DNA from: the human T2T-CHM13v2.0 reference genome, Homo sapiens
DNA length: 64,000 nucleotides
Assembly: GCF_009914755.1 (NCBI RefSeq)
Contig: NC_060933.1
Reading direction: 5' to 3' (one strand)
Below, piece by piece: positions 40,161-57,620 of this stretch (position 1 is its first letter; each line of letters starts with the position of its first letter). A model generated the notes under the pieces. That model did not search any database, had not been told where the DNA came from, and was given only the letters and a program-made list of their open reading frames with translations. The translations under genes were made by a program, and so were the position numbers.

Positions 40161-40799
40161 CTTATTATAAGAGCAACTTGCATGTAAGAAACATTAGAAA
40201 CATTCCTGGCCAACTAAACTGCCTTCTTGTCATGAAAACAAGTTTTATAGTAAATACATTAAATAAACATTATTGTGTTTTGTTTCTCTTTATCCTTCAT
40301 TACACCTGAGATCCCCATTATCTGATCATATAGAAGACTACCATCTAAAAAATAACAACCATGGAAGTGTATAATTATCTAACTTGTCAAAATTTCTTTT
40401 TAAATTTAAAACTTAAATTTAGTTTTTCTAGAAAGAGCTTTTTAGGTAGCTAAATTTCTTGCATATGATTGAATGAAATGTAGCCAAGGATATAATAAAT
40501 TACTTCCTTTCAAAAAGTGATCCCCATCTTTCCTCCCTCAAAAACTCTCTTCCTGATTTAGTGACTAACTCACTTAATAGTCATCCCTATATTACTATCA
40601 GATGAAAAACAAAAACATCACTGACTTTCGAACATGAAACTAATGAAAATTAATGCAGTGTCTTTGATTTTCAAATTTATTTTCAATAAATCTTTAGTCT
40701 CTATGTCTGCGTTAGTCTACATAATCTTGAAATATTTCCAGAGTACTGCTAGATAGTTTCCATTTTGTCATGATTTATATATGTGTTATTTGGATTTCT

Positions 40800-41205
40800 G
40801 TGCCTCAGGAAATAGGAAAGTAAAAATAATGTTATATATATGCGTGATAAAAATTAAAACAGACAATGAAATTGCAGGTTGCAAGCTTTACATGGAAAAA
40901 GCATGAAGAAAAAGCAGAAAAGCTGTGATACCAATGGTAAACTTCTCTGAATATTAAGATTGATTTTTTTAAGACAGTGAGAGAGAATGATATTAGAACA
41001 TAGAATTAAGTAGAAATTAGAGAAAACAAAGAGGCTGTTTAAAGTTTAAGTGTCCCTGAGGCTCAGGAGAATTTGTATCCTTACTTGAAGCTGTATTCAA
41101 CTCCTTCCTGGAATTCATAAACCAATTAATTCTTCTCACGAGCTAAATGCATCTCAGTGGATTTTTCTGGCCTGTATATGCAACATAACACTGAAACAGA
41201 TTCAT
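40800..41205 (+). mobile_element. Old MLT1-type LTR remnant
   Basis: 3' end resembles MLT1 (AACCAATTAATTC...GGATTTTTCTG...TGCAAC...AGATTCA). Confidence 0.4.
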
Positions 41206-42492
41206 ACTACTGACATTTGGTCTCTGCCAAGAAGAGATACCAGCTGTGCTTTCCAATCTGAAACCACTAACATAATGGACAAATTTATGAAACAAAAGTT
41301 CTCAAGATATAGGACAACAGCCTGAACCCTGAGATATGAAAAAATAAGTTAATAACTATAATTGCCTCAGTATACTGCCCAAAGAGAATTTCCAGGCCAA
41401 GGCATTAGGAGGAAGAATCAGGGAAAAGTCAGGCAGAAGCTGTTAATTGAGAAGACAAGTCAGGAGCTCAGGATCCTAAAGTGCCTAGAATGGGTAGAGC
41501 AGTATACTAGAGACAGCTCTGGAGATTTACAAAGTCCATCCTTGTCTATTCAGCTGCATCCTAATCAACACATGAACAGTGCGTTGGAAACTAAAGGAGG
41601 TCTAAGAAATAAGTTTTTGTAACAGTTAGAAGGAAAATCATCAGTGCTCACATAGGAAAGGGATTAGTCCTATTCTCATAGGCCAGAGGGGGGTAAACCT
41701 TATAATTCATAGGACACCTGAAAGATTACCCAGTAATGGGGGAAATTTTAACACCCAAACTAAACACTGTGCTGGTCTCACTTAGCCATGTTTAAAAATT
41801 AAGACTCCAAAAGATCAAATTGTTTTCAAGTAGCTTAATTTCATCACAGAATAAACCTCAAGAATATGTATAGAAATTTTAAAATATCCAATAAACAAAA
41901 CTTCACAATTGCTGCCATTTGAAATAAAGCACAACATAATGATAAATGCAAAGAGGCACAACAAGATAATTCAGAATGAAAAGAAAAAAATGAATTTAAA
42001 TTTATATAAAAAAGGAAAAAAACATAAATTACTGACATTACAAGGATAATAAAGGGATATTATGAACAACTCTATGCCCCATATTTTATAACTTAGATGA
42101 AATGGACTAATTCCTTGAAGGACACATCTACCAAGACTCACACAAGTAACCGTAAAGAAACGGCATAGGCTTATATCTATTAAAAATTCAATCAATAATC
42201 GATAACCTTCAAAAACAAACGAAAAAGAATCAAGCCCAAAGAAGCTCATTGGAGAATTCTAACAAACATTTCAGGAAGAACTCATTCTGATTCTCTACAA
42301 TTTCTTTCAGGAAATGGAGATGGGGGAATACTTCCTAACTCATTCTATGAACCAGCATTACTCTAATACCATAGCCAGAGAGAGATATTAGAGGAAAGAA
42401 TCAATCTATCTCATGAAAATAGATGTAAAAATTCTCAATAAGATAATAGCAAATAGAATCCAATATTGTATAAACAATTTATAAACCATGAC

Positions 42493-43013
42493 TGTTCGTC
42501 TGTTTTGTGCTACTAGAACAGAATACCTGAGACTCGGTTGTTTATAAAGAAAAGTTGCTTATTTGGCTTATGATTCTGGAGGCTGGGAAGCCCAAGAAGC
42601 ATGGTGCCAGCATTCGCTTGGCTTCTGGTGAGGGCCTCTAGCTGTATCATAACATGGTGGAGAAGTGGCTGGGAAACTAGCCTTGGCAAAAAGACCAAAT
42701 TCAAGAGGCAGGACTGCTTTATAACAACATTCTGTCATAAGAACCAACCCAGTACCATGAGAACTAATCCAGTCTGTGAGAGCTGCATTAATCCATTCTT
42801 TTTTTTTTTTTTTTTTTTTTACTTGTTTATTTCTGTTGAATCATACCCTTGGAATAAATTTTTTCTTTTTTTTATTTTATTATTATTCTTGACAGCAGAT
42901 CTCCCATGAACCAAAACCTTCTTTAAAAACTCACTACCTATCAATACTGCTACATTTGCAATTAAATTTCAACATGAGTTTTGGCAAAAACAGACCACAT
43001 CCATACCACAGCA
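42493..43013 (-). mobile_element. MaLR solo LTR (MSTC-like)
   Basis: AACAGAATACCTGAGACT...TTCTGGAGGCTGGGAAG.CCAAG...ATTAAATTTCAACATGAGTTTTGG...CATACCACAGCA. Confidence 0.85.
42799..42890 (-). other. Short polyadenylated retro-insertion inside the LTR (candidate orphan 3' transduction)
   Basis: Minus strand: A-rich tract, ~38 bp non-repeat sequence with AATAAA, A22; flanked by ATTCTT on both sides. Confidence 0.65.
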
Positions 43014-44485
43014 GTGAACAAATGAAATTTGTTTCAAGTATTCAAGATAGCTTAAAAATTCAAATATAAATCAACAAGCTAATGAAGGAAAGTCACATAA
43101 TCATATCAAGAGACGCAGAAACACCCTTTGACAAATTCCCATACTCATTCATGATGACAACTCTCAGAAAACTAGATATAAAGGGGGAAGTTCTTCAACT
43201 TGATAAAGAACATTTGTGAAACACCTACAGCTAACGTGATACTTAATGGTGAGAAACTAGATCCTTTCCCACTAAGATGGGGTAAAGGCAGGAAGGATGT
43301 GTATTTTCACCAATCTTCTTTAACATTGTACTTGAATTCTTGGATATTGCAATAATTAAAGGACAACCAGTATACATGTTTGACAGGCAGAAGTAAAACT
43401 GTCTTTATTTACAGATGCTACAATTGTCTACATAGAAAATTCCTAAGAATCAACCAAGGAACTCTTGGAACTAAAAGGCAATTATAACAAGGTTGGAATA
43501 CATAAAACCAATATACAAAAGTCAATTGCTTTCTTATATACCCACGATGAAAAATTGGTATTTGAAATTTAAAACATAATATCATTTAAACTTACACCAA
43601 AAAAAGGAAATCTTTCGTATAAGTCAAACAAAATATGTGCAAGATCTGTATGAGGAAAACTGCAAAACTCTGATGTAAGAAATAGAAGATATAAATAAAT
43701 GGAGAGGTAGTATATGTACATAAGTAGAAAGATTCATATTGTCAAGATGTCAGTTCTTCACAATATGATTGTAGATTTGTTACAATCCCAATCAAAATCC
43801 CAACAAGTTATTTTGTGGATATTGATAAACATTCCAAAATTTATAGAGAGAAACAAAAGATCCAGAATAGCCAACACTAGATTGAAGGAGAAAAACAAAG
43901 TCAGAGGACTGACTCTGCCTGATTTCAAGACCTAGGATAAAGTTGCAGTATGAAAGACAGTGTAGTACCGGCAAAAAGATAGACAATAGATCTATGGAAC
44001 AGAGTAGAGGATACAGAAATTGACCCACAGATATGTATTGCCTCTTGATTTTCTACAAATCTGCAAAGCAATTTCATGAAGAAAATAGAGAAAAGCTTCT
44101 AAACAAATGATGCTGAAACATTGGATAGCCAATATATGAATAAACTTCATATTTTACAGATAAAAAACTAAAAATGAAAGATAAAACTAAATATACATGT
44201 ATACTTACAAAGATTACATAAAAACATGATATTTATAATTTGAAGTAAAGATGTATTAGATAAAGCACCAAAAGAGAACATACAAAATAAAAATAAAGAT
44301 GTATTAGATTTCCAAAATTAGGAATCTTTGTTCTTTATAAGATACTACAAAAAGCATAAAAGGACAAGCCCCAGATTGGGACAAAATACTTGCAAATCAC
44401 ATATTAGGAACATACTTCTATCTATAATAACAAAGAATTCTCAAAGCCCAATAATAAGAAAACAAAGAGCTCAACAGAAATGGTG

Positions 44486-44802
<317 letters not shown>

Positions 44803-44859
44803 TCAAACTATGTGAACAAATATTCATAAAGTGATGTTCAGGAAATGCAATTTTTTATT

Positions 44860-45200
44860 TTATGTGTTAATCAAGTAAATATTATGAAACATCTATGTGC
44901 CAATAATTATGCTACGTACAGAGGATCAGATATGACAGATATGAGAATGGTAAAATGCTGCCCTCATGCTTACAGTCCAGAAGAAATATTGGCACTCATT
45001 TAAATACAGTGAGAAAATGAGATGTCTAAATGCACATAATGATGCACTTAAGAAAATGAATGGCCAAACAAACATAAAGCATGCATGAAGAACTGAATTT
45101 CATCGGAGAGGATAAGGAAAGACATGCCAAGGAAGTGTCTTTGTGGTGAGAACTGAAAGACAGTGAAGATGTAAGCAGATGAGTCATCTATGATTTGGGT
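44860..45200 (-). mobile_element. L2 remnant
   Basis: AAATATTATGAAACATCTATGTGCCA...CTGCCCTCATG.CTTACAGTCCAG. Confidence 0.6.
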
Positions 45201-45519
45201 TAGATGAGAGGAGGTTCTAATATCTTGAAGACAGGCTCTCTAAGAAAGTGTAAGATGTTCAAAAAACCTACATAGTGTTCTCTCATCAGCATATTCTTGA
45301 AAATCTGTCTGCAAAAAGACATTTTTGTTTTCTGGGGATTTAGCACTCAACACACCTTTTAAAAAATCAGCTAAACGAAAAATCTCTCCTAGAATTTTAA
45401 CAGTAAATTTTACTTTGTTCAGAACTTTAAAATATCTTATACTTCCCCAATATTTATTATTCCTTTGCTGCCTGGAAATACTTATTTGTACACACTTACC
45501 TATCCATATTCATGGTATT

Positions 45520-45537
45520 TCTATGTATTTACCTATG

Positions 45538-45568
<31 letters not shown>

Positions 45569-45572
45569 ATCA
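45520..45572. repeat. (TATC)n tetranucleotide repeat
   Basis: Direct reading. Confidence 0.9.
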
Positions 45573-46690
45573 TAAATCCTAATTTCTTAGTTTACTTAAA
45601 TTGAATTGCATCTTATTTTTGTGCTTTTTTGATGTTATATATGTAATTTCTACAAACGACAAAGCACACAGTTCACAGCATACAGGTAATTTTTGGTCAG
45701 TGTAAGAATTGCCTAAGGATTGTTTCTAGACCTTTCTTCCCACATCATTTCAATTTTCTTCATTTTCTCATTTGCTCACATATGATTTTCTTCAGATTAC
45801 TTTGTATTTAAGTAAATATATTTCCATGTTTTGTAAGGTTACCACATACTCAGAGGAACTTTGAACAATGTAGGACAGTTTATGTAAGAAATAATTACAT
45901 TTAGCTTTATTTAGAGGTGAATATTGTGTTCTGAGTTTTCTTCATCTAGTTTTTTGAAATGTATTTTTCTTAGTTTGTGAATTTATTCAGCACTACTGTA
46001 AATGTTTTATATTTTATCATGCATTTTATTTAAAATTGATATAATACGTTAAAAAACTAATATTTTTGACCAGTTTTTATGGCCTTGGTAAATACATGTT
46101 TAAATTTTAAATAACTATATTAGATAGGTATTACTGGCTTTGTATTAGGGAAAAAAAACGACCAGAATCTTAATATCATCTATTACAATTCTAGCAATTA
46201 TTACCTTATAAACTTCAAAACATATTATATAGATTTCAATGTCATTGTACATAAATCATAAATGAGTTTGACAGTTTTCAATATTGAAGTCTTCATGGTG
46301 AATCGGCTGATTCTGATAATAGCTGTTGCCATTTATAATTATTTAAATAGTTTGTAATTAGTTTAAATTAGGGTAAACTTCTACTACAGATACAATAATG
46401 GAGAATACAAAAATAAAATATATTAAAAACCCAACATGCACTCACACCTTAATATGTTACCAAATTCCTTTTTATTATTATTATTATTACACTTAAAGTC
46501 TTAGGGTACCTGTGCACAACATGCAGGATTGTTACATATGTATACATGTGCCATGTTGGTGTGCTGCACCCATTAACTCGTCTTTCAGCATTAGGTATAT
46601 CTCCTAATGCTATCCCTCCCCACTCCCCCCACCCCACAACAGTCCCCAGTGTGTGATGTTCCCCTTCCTGTGTCCACGTGTTCTCATTGT

Positions 46691-50505
<3,815 letters not shown>

Positions 50506-50579
50506 ATTCACACATAACAATACTATTTTGCTTATTTTGCTCGTCAGTCGATGCAGTTTCTTCCTAACCTCGATGGACT

Positions 50580-51596
50580 TTACAATTTGGCGTGTTTTTG
50601 CAGTGGCTGGTACCAGTTGTTCCTTTCCATGTGTAGTGCTTCCTTCAGGAGCTCTTTTAGGGCAGGCCTGGTGGTGACAGAATCTCTCAGCATTTGCTTG
50701 TCTGTAAAGTATTTTATTTCTCCTTCACTTATGAAGCTTAGTTTGGCTGGATATGAAATGCTGGGTTGAAAATTCTTTTCTTTAAGAATGTTGAATATTG
50801 GCCCCCACTCTCTTCTGGCTTGTAGAGTTTCTGCCGAGAGATCCGCTGTTAGTCTGATAGATTTCCCTTTGTGGGTAACCCGACCTTTCTCTCTGGCTGC
50901 CCTTAACATTTTTTCCTTCATTTCAACTTTGGTGAGTCTGACAATTATGTGTCTTGGAGTTGCTCTTCTCGAGGAGTATCTTTGTGGCGTTCTCTGTATT
51001 TCCTGAATTTGAATGTTGGCCTGCCTTGCTAGATTGGGGAAATTCTCCTGGATAATATCCTGCAGAGTGTTTTCCAACTTGGTTCCATTCTCCCCGTCAC
51101 TTTCAGGTACACCAATCAGACATAGATTTGGTCTTTTCACATAGTCCCATATTTCTTGGAGGCTTTGTTCATTTCTTTTTATTCTTTTTTCTTTAAACTT
51201 CTCTTCAACCTTCATTTCATTCATTTCTTCTTCCATCACTGATACCCTTTCTTCCAGTTGATCCCATCGGTTACTGAGGCTTGTGCATTCATCACATAGT
51301 TCTCATGCCATGGTTTTCAGCTCTGTCAGGTCCTTTAAGGCCTTCTCTGCATTGGTTATTCTAGTTATCCATTTGTCTAATTTTTTTTCAAAGTTTTTAA
51401 CTTCTTTGCCATTGGTTCAAACTTCCTCCTTTAGCTTGGAGTAGTTTGATTTTCTGAAGCCTTCCTCTCTCAACTTGTCAAAGTCATTCTCCGTCCAGCT
51501 TTGTTCTGTTGCTGGTGAGGGGCTGCATTCCTTTGGAGGAGAAGAGGTGCTCTGATTTTTAGAGTTTCTGGTTTTTCTGCTCTGTTTTTTCCCCAT
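50580..51596 (-). pseudogene. L1 ORF1, disrupted; C-terminal 219 codons open
   Basis: ATG at 51596 (MGKKQSRK); RNEQSLQEIWDYVKRPNL...YQPLQKHAKL. Confidence 0.95.
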
Positions 51597-51599
51597 CTT

Positions 51600-52614
51600 T
51601 GTGGTTTTATCTACCTTTGGTCTTTGATGATGGTGACATACAGTTGGGTTTTTGGTGTGGATGTCCTTTCTCTTTGTTAGTTTTCCTTCTAATTGTCAGG
51701 ACCCTCACCTTCAGGTCTTCTGGAGTTTACTGGAGATCCACTCCAGACTCCGTTTGCCTGGGTATCAGCAGCAGTGGCTGCAGAACAGCGGATATTGGGG
51801 AACCGCAAATGCTGCTGCCTGATGGTTCCTCTGGAAGTTTGGTCTCAGAGGAGTACCCAGCCATGTGAGGTGTCAGTCTGCCCCTACTGGGGGGTGCCTC
51901 CCAGTTAGGCTACTCGGGGGTCAGGAACCCACTTGAGAAGGCAGTCTGCCCATTCTCGGATCTCACGCTGCGTGCTAGGACAACCACTACTCTCTTCAAA
52001 GCTGTCAGACAGGGACATTTAAGTCTGCAGAGGTTATTGCTGTCTTTTGTTTGTCTGTGCCCTGCCCCCAGAGGTGGAGCCTACAGAAGCAGGCAGGCCT
52101 CCTTGAGCTGTGGTTGGCTCCACCCAGTTCGAGCTTCAGGGCCACTTTGTTTACCTACTCAAGCCTGAGCAATGGTGGGCACCCCTCCCCCATCCTAGCT
52201 GCTGCCTTGCAGTTTGATCTCAGACTGCTGTGCTAGCAAATGAGCGAGGCTCCGTGAGCGTAGGACCCTCCAAGCCATGTGTGGGATATAATCTCCTGGT
52301 GTGCCATTTGTTAAGTCCATTGGAAAAGTGCAGTATTAGGGTGGGAGTGACCCGATTTTCCAGGTGCCGTCTGTCATCCCTTTCTTTGACTAGGAAAGGG
52401 AATTCCCTGACCCCTTGTGCTTCCCGGGTGAGGTGATGCCTCACCCTGCTTCGGCTCAGGCACGGTGTACTGCACCCACTGTCCTGCACCCACTATCTGG
52501 CAATTCCCGGTGAGAGGAACCCAGTACCTCAGTTGGAAATGCAGAAATCACCCGTCTTCTGCATCGCTCACGCTGGGAGCTGTAGATTGGAGCTGCTCCT
52601 ATTCGGCCATCTTC
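51600..52614 (-). promoter_or_regulatory. L1 5' UTR internal promoter retaining the ~129-bp ZNF93-bound segment
   Basis: YY1-type AAGATGGCC at the start; segment about 51725-51855 (CTCTGAGACCAAACTTCCAGAGGAACCATCAGGCAGCAGC...) that younger L1PA3-L1HS copies lack. Confidence 0.75.
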
Positions 52615-52664
52615 TATATTACCAAATTCTTTCGTGGCCTATTTTTATTTCATTGTTAAATGTA

Positions 52665-52820
52665 TCAGAAAAAAATAACTAATGGGTATTAGGGCTTAAT
52701 ACCTGTGTGACAAAATAATCTGTCCAAAAAAAAAAAATGACATGAGTTTACCTGTATAACAAGCCTGCGCATATACCAATGTAATATATTGATACTGTAT
52801 ATTAATTCCAAACTTAAAAG
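52665..52820 (+). mobile_element. L1PA13-like 3' UTR fragment
   Basis: AAAATAACTAATGGGTA.TAGG.CTTAATACCTG.GTGA.AAAATAATCTGT. Confidence 0.75.
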
Positions 52821-53065
52821 TGTGTATACATACTTTTAATACTTCCACAGATAGAAAGGGAGACAAGAGTGAGAAATTCCTCTGATATGATGAAGTTTAT
52901 ATTATTCAAATATGAACATTGACATGTTCCGTATTTTAAGATTTCTTCCTGTTTGAGGTCTTATATTTTGGAAAAAGTTATCTGGTTAGGAAACATACTA
53001 GATTTTTTTAGTGTTTACTGTTTTACTGAGGAACTTAATGACATTGAATGAATAACAGTGAATCC

Positions 53066-53190
53066 TTCAGGAGACTGAGGCGGGAGGATCATTTGAGTCT
53101 GGGAGTTAGAGTTTGCAGTGAGCCAAGATTGAGCCACTGCATTCCAGCTTGGGCAATAGAGTGAGATCCTGTCTTAAAAAAAAGAAAAAA
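53066..53190 (+). mobile_element. Alu right-arm fragment (AluJ/FRAM)
   Basis: GAGGCGGGAGGATCATTTGAG...TGCAGTGAGCC...A tail. Confidence 0.9.
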
Positions 53191-53879
53191 GGGCATCTTT
53201 TCAGTTTTGCTTATTACATGATATTTTCAAACACTGTGTTAATCAAGGAATACTTTTGGAGTCATTACTTATTTTAGACCATTAGAAAAGATTAATTGCT
53301 TTTCATTTCAATATCAGCCATCTGGACGTTAGCTAGTTTGCATTTAAAATAATTTTTCTATGGGACAGTTAAGCCCAGGAAGTAATGTACTATGATAGCA
53401 ATAAAATGTGTCCCTATATCTTTTAGCTATACTTGTATATTATTGTGCTAAAGGTGTTATTAATGGATGAAGACTCTTCTTTTCTCTACAATGACTTACA
53501 TTACAACTTTCATGAGATCATACTTGCCATGTGTCATAATTATTTTAATTTATAATAAAGCTCTCTTTCTAATCAGTGACACATGGCAATAAGTAAAAGG
53601 ACATTCAAATGAGTTAGCCATTATTTACTGCTTTTCTGTTCTAAATAATCAGTTACTTCTCAACTTTTCAAGCTGGGCCTCTATCTCAAACTCTACCATA
53701 CTGGCATAGATAGATGGACGTGCTTTTCAAATTAAAGTTATGGAACATCAAGTAGGAAGTATTTTGTGAGTGTAAAAACCAACCTGACTGATGTTGAAGT
53801 TTTTATGAGTTAATTGTAACATATTTAAAATGCAAATATGGAAATTATTGCTTATAATGTAAATTTTATAACTTTTATA

Positions 53880-55235
53880 TTTATAAAATATTGCTGGGTT
53901 TATAATAGGAATTGTATCAAAGCTATTTATTTGTGATAAATTTACATCTTTAATATATTTTTGAATCTTTAATACACAAACATGTTATAGCTCTTCATTT
54001 CTTAATAGATTTTTTGACTTCTTTCATCTGTGTTTTGTAGTTTTCATCAAACAAGTTCTGTGCATGTTTTGTTAGATTTCTACCTAACAATTTATTATTG
54101 AGCAATTGTAATTAATATTCTATTTTTAAATTATGTCTGCATATGTGTATTTCTGTAATATAGAAATTAATTACTTATGTTTATCTTGTAGCTTGCAAAC
54201 TTTGTGAACTTACAAGCTTTCATGGTTTTTTTTTTTTGGTAGGTTCTTGGGATTTTATGTATATACAATTATGTTATCTGCAAATGGGAAGAATTTTATT
54301 CTTTTTAAATTGTATCATTTTTAATCCGTATGACTTTACTCTTTTCTTGCCTTTTTGCCCTGGTTAGAACTTCTAGCACCCTGTTGAATAAGATCTGTGA
54401 GAACTGTTGTTCTTGCATTGTTCCCCATAATAAGAGGAAACATTCATCTGTCCCTATTAAGGATGACATTCACTGGATGCTTTTTGTATTTTTATCTTGC
54501 TTTATTGCCCTGGCCACAATTTCCATACAATGTTGAATAGAATGGGTGAGAGCAGGCATCTTCGTATTGTCTCTGATATTTCTGGAAAAGTATTCAGGCT
54601 TTAACTATTAAGTATAATAGCAGCAGTGGGTTATTCAGAGATGCCCTTTATCAGGTTGAGAAATGTTGCTTCTTCTCCCAGATTGTTCATTGTTTTTATT
54701 ATAAAAATGTGTTAGATTTGGTCAAATGCTTTTTCTGTATATCTATTTGTATGATCATTTGATTTTTGTTTTTCATTCCATTGATGTGATATATTATTTC
54801 AGGATGTTTAATCAACTGTGCATTCTTGGGGTAAATCTCACTAAGTTATAATGTATATTTTTAATATGCTGCTAGATTTGGTTTGTTAATATTTATTAAC
54901 GATTTTTGCATCTGTATTCAGGAGATAATTTTCTGTAGCTTTTTGTTCTTGTGATGTCTTTCTCTGGTTTTTGTATCATGGTAAAGCAGGCCTTATAAAA
55001 TTAGTTGGGAAATATTCTCTCCTCTTCTGTGTTTTGGAAGAGTTTGTACAAACTCTCCTTTTAAAAAAATGGATAGAATCCAATAGTCTAGACCTATATT
55101 TTACTTTGTGGGTAATATTTTATTACTATTTTAATCACTTCACTTGTTATAGGTATATTTAAATTGTCTATTTTTGTTGATATAATTTTATGGATATAGT
55201 TTGTATCTTATAAGGTCTATAATAATGTCCCTTAT
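53880..55235 (-). mobile_element. Old L1M ORF2 (resumes at about 58545-58790 beyond the retrocopy)
   Basis: Antisense ORF2 motifs (ATGTTATCTGCAAAT; TAGAACTTCTAGCACC.TGTTGAATA; TCAAATGCTTTTTCTGTAT; ATATGGTCTATCCTGGA). Confidence 0.8.
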
Positions 55236-55294
55236 TTCTTTCCTTTTTTCCTTTCTTCCTTCTTCCTTTCAAATGTATACCTTCTTTTTTGTTA

Positions 55295-55527
55295 ATTAGA
55301 AAATATCTGGCAACACTGGGTCCACATTCTCACAGTCTACAGATGACTTAAGTGATAAAGAACTTCCTTTATTTGTTGTGGTATACACATACCAGTTTAC
55401 CACTGTCCCCACCACCCTTGTCTCCTGACACTAAGATAATCTCCCAGAGCCATCTCTCAGGTATATCCACCCATGCTCACATATGCTGCCAGCCTGGTCA
55501 CTAAAAGATCTTGGAGTTGCCCAGCTC
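55295..55527 (+). mobile_element. MER102 (hAT-Charlie) fragment
   Basis: ATCTGGCAACACTGGGTCCACATTC...CCAGTTTACCACTGTCCCCACCAC...GCCTGGTCACT..AGATCTTGGAGTTG. Confidence 0.65.
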
Positions 55528-57575
55528 CAGATCAACAGGTATGTTTGGGAGGAGATTGTAAAGGGCTACACAGGTCCAGGGAGCCAACTCTCCTCACAGA
55601 GAAAAGAAGTCCTTGCAGTCACAGGCATTGAACTTCAAGGTTGCTGTCAGTGGACAGGCCCAACATCATCTCCTACCATCCCAGGAAACTAGAGATGCTC
55701 AGCCACAAGGCATAGCAGAGGCAAAAAGAAAGCAGATGTGGCTGATGGAAAAGCTCCTCAATCTTGCAGGACACTATCAAGTGAGTTGATTTCCATTTAA
55801 TGTTGGTGAGGAAAATCCTTGGGAGTAATACAGTGTGATTTTCTTTCCCAGAGATGTGTAGAGGGAAGGGGTCTCTAGAGGTGTTTCAGAGATTACTTAT
55901 AGCAACAGTGCTTCAATCCAGAACGGCTGGGCATATGCCCTGGGGAAAAGCTGGTTATCCTCATTGGCTTGTCCTCTCCCACAACCAGTTCAGTGGGGTG
56001 AGTGTCCATCAGTTTTGGTGGGAATGAATCAGGGAGAGAATAGATAAGAAAGAAATGTGAGGAGACAAAATAGCAATGACCACAAATGGGAATGGATCCA
56101 CTATTCCCTAGATCTGGGATACTGGAGGAAAATCTAAATTAGAGATAAGACTACAATGTGATTCCTGAAGAACCAGGATTAACACCTACCTGAAGAGGAC
56201 CCTCCTTATGATGCTGATGAGAGATTGGCACAGAAATCAGAACCTGCATCCCAGAGGCCCTCCCTGAGGAACTCAGCCATGGGGAGAGTTAATAGAGAGC
56301 ACCCACCTGCCCCAGCATGGCCGTCACAACAACTCTGTCTTGGGAAGTGAGGTTTCTTATGAAATAAGGAGAAATGAGGAAAGCATCTCCTAGAACACTG
56401 AGGAAGAAAGACAGGGATTTGTCCATTAGGCCCATTTATGTCTGAGGACACAATACAGACCACACAATAACTAACTCAAACTTAATTAGATAATTCATAA
56501 AAATAATTCCTGAGTAAAAAGAAACTGATTCAGGGATGCCTGAACTGGAAAGGAAGACAGGGACTTGGGGCCAGGGCTGAGGCAGGAAGAAGCCAATGTA
56601 CCCAAACCCTGCTTGCTGGCCTCCCGAGAGGAGCAGAACCCTGGAGGTGGTAGACTCAGGCCAGAGGCCTTCTACTGGCAAACCTCATGGATAAGAAGTG
56701 TTGTTAGCTGTGGAACTTTGATAGCAAAGAATTCCATTTGGACATGGCACAGAAGGGAAGAGGGACCACATAGCTGTCCATCAAAGCAGGGATGCACAGG
56801 ATAGAGGGCCAAGCATACTCAGCCATTGCCCCTATGTGGACCCTAAGACACTGCTCGCTCCTTAAGTCAGTCACAGCATCTGAAGACATCAAAACCAGAT
56901 TGGGCAGGGCTGAGTCACAGCTGCCTAAGGGTAAGCGAAGAGAGAAAAACAGCCCTTTGACCCAGACCAGCCAGAGGATCCCAAAGAGGGAGAAACCAAC
57001 ACCCAAAGTCTGACTCTTGTTTGGTCATCTATCATTTCAACTGATCCTGAAGGGAAGAAAGAAACCCCTCACCAGGGGAAAATAGCCTAGGTGCTGAGCC
57101 AAGATGAAGAGTGGCAACCCCAAGCTGGTTCCCCTCCCTCTTAGTGTTGTCTCTGTGGAGCATTGCTGTTGGTATCATGCTTGTTCCCTAGTAGATTCAG
57201 AACTCTCCTGGTCTTCAACTGTCCCTTCTTGCCTTTGGGTTCAGATTTTTTCTAGAACTCTTTCTTTTTTGTCATAGTTTACAAATTCTGTCTTCCTCTT
57301 CCTCCCTCGCCTGGTCCTCTTCCAGGCATTTGAAGATGATGTTGCACTGCTAGATGAGAATCACAAGCTCCTGCATTTGCATCACCTACCACCCCAGTCT
57401 TCCTTGATCTAGTCTTTTTCTGGCTTATGGAGAAGGCATTGGACTCCCACCACACCAGAATGTGCTTCTTGTGGATGATATATAGAAAAGCTTGGTCTCC
57501 AAACACAAGTCTGTCAGCATGGTATCCTAGCCTTTGTCATTGACTCCATCAGGAAGCTTCTCTTCAGCAGAAACT

Positions 57576-57620
57576 CATAGTGTTTGAGAGAGAATCCATA
57601 GTGTTTGAGAGAGAATCCAT
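57576..57620. repeat. Perfect 21-bp tandem duplication
   Basis: CATAGTGTTTGAGAGAGAATC x2, plus CAT. Confidence 0.95.

Noticed and set aside
57279-57506. Possible Ty3/gypsy-derived (RTL/PEG10-like) domain from the LVWWES motif
   Set aside because: Flanking peptides match the MICAL-L1 C-terminal region (HEKHLLVRRES) instead
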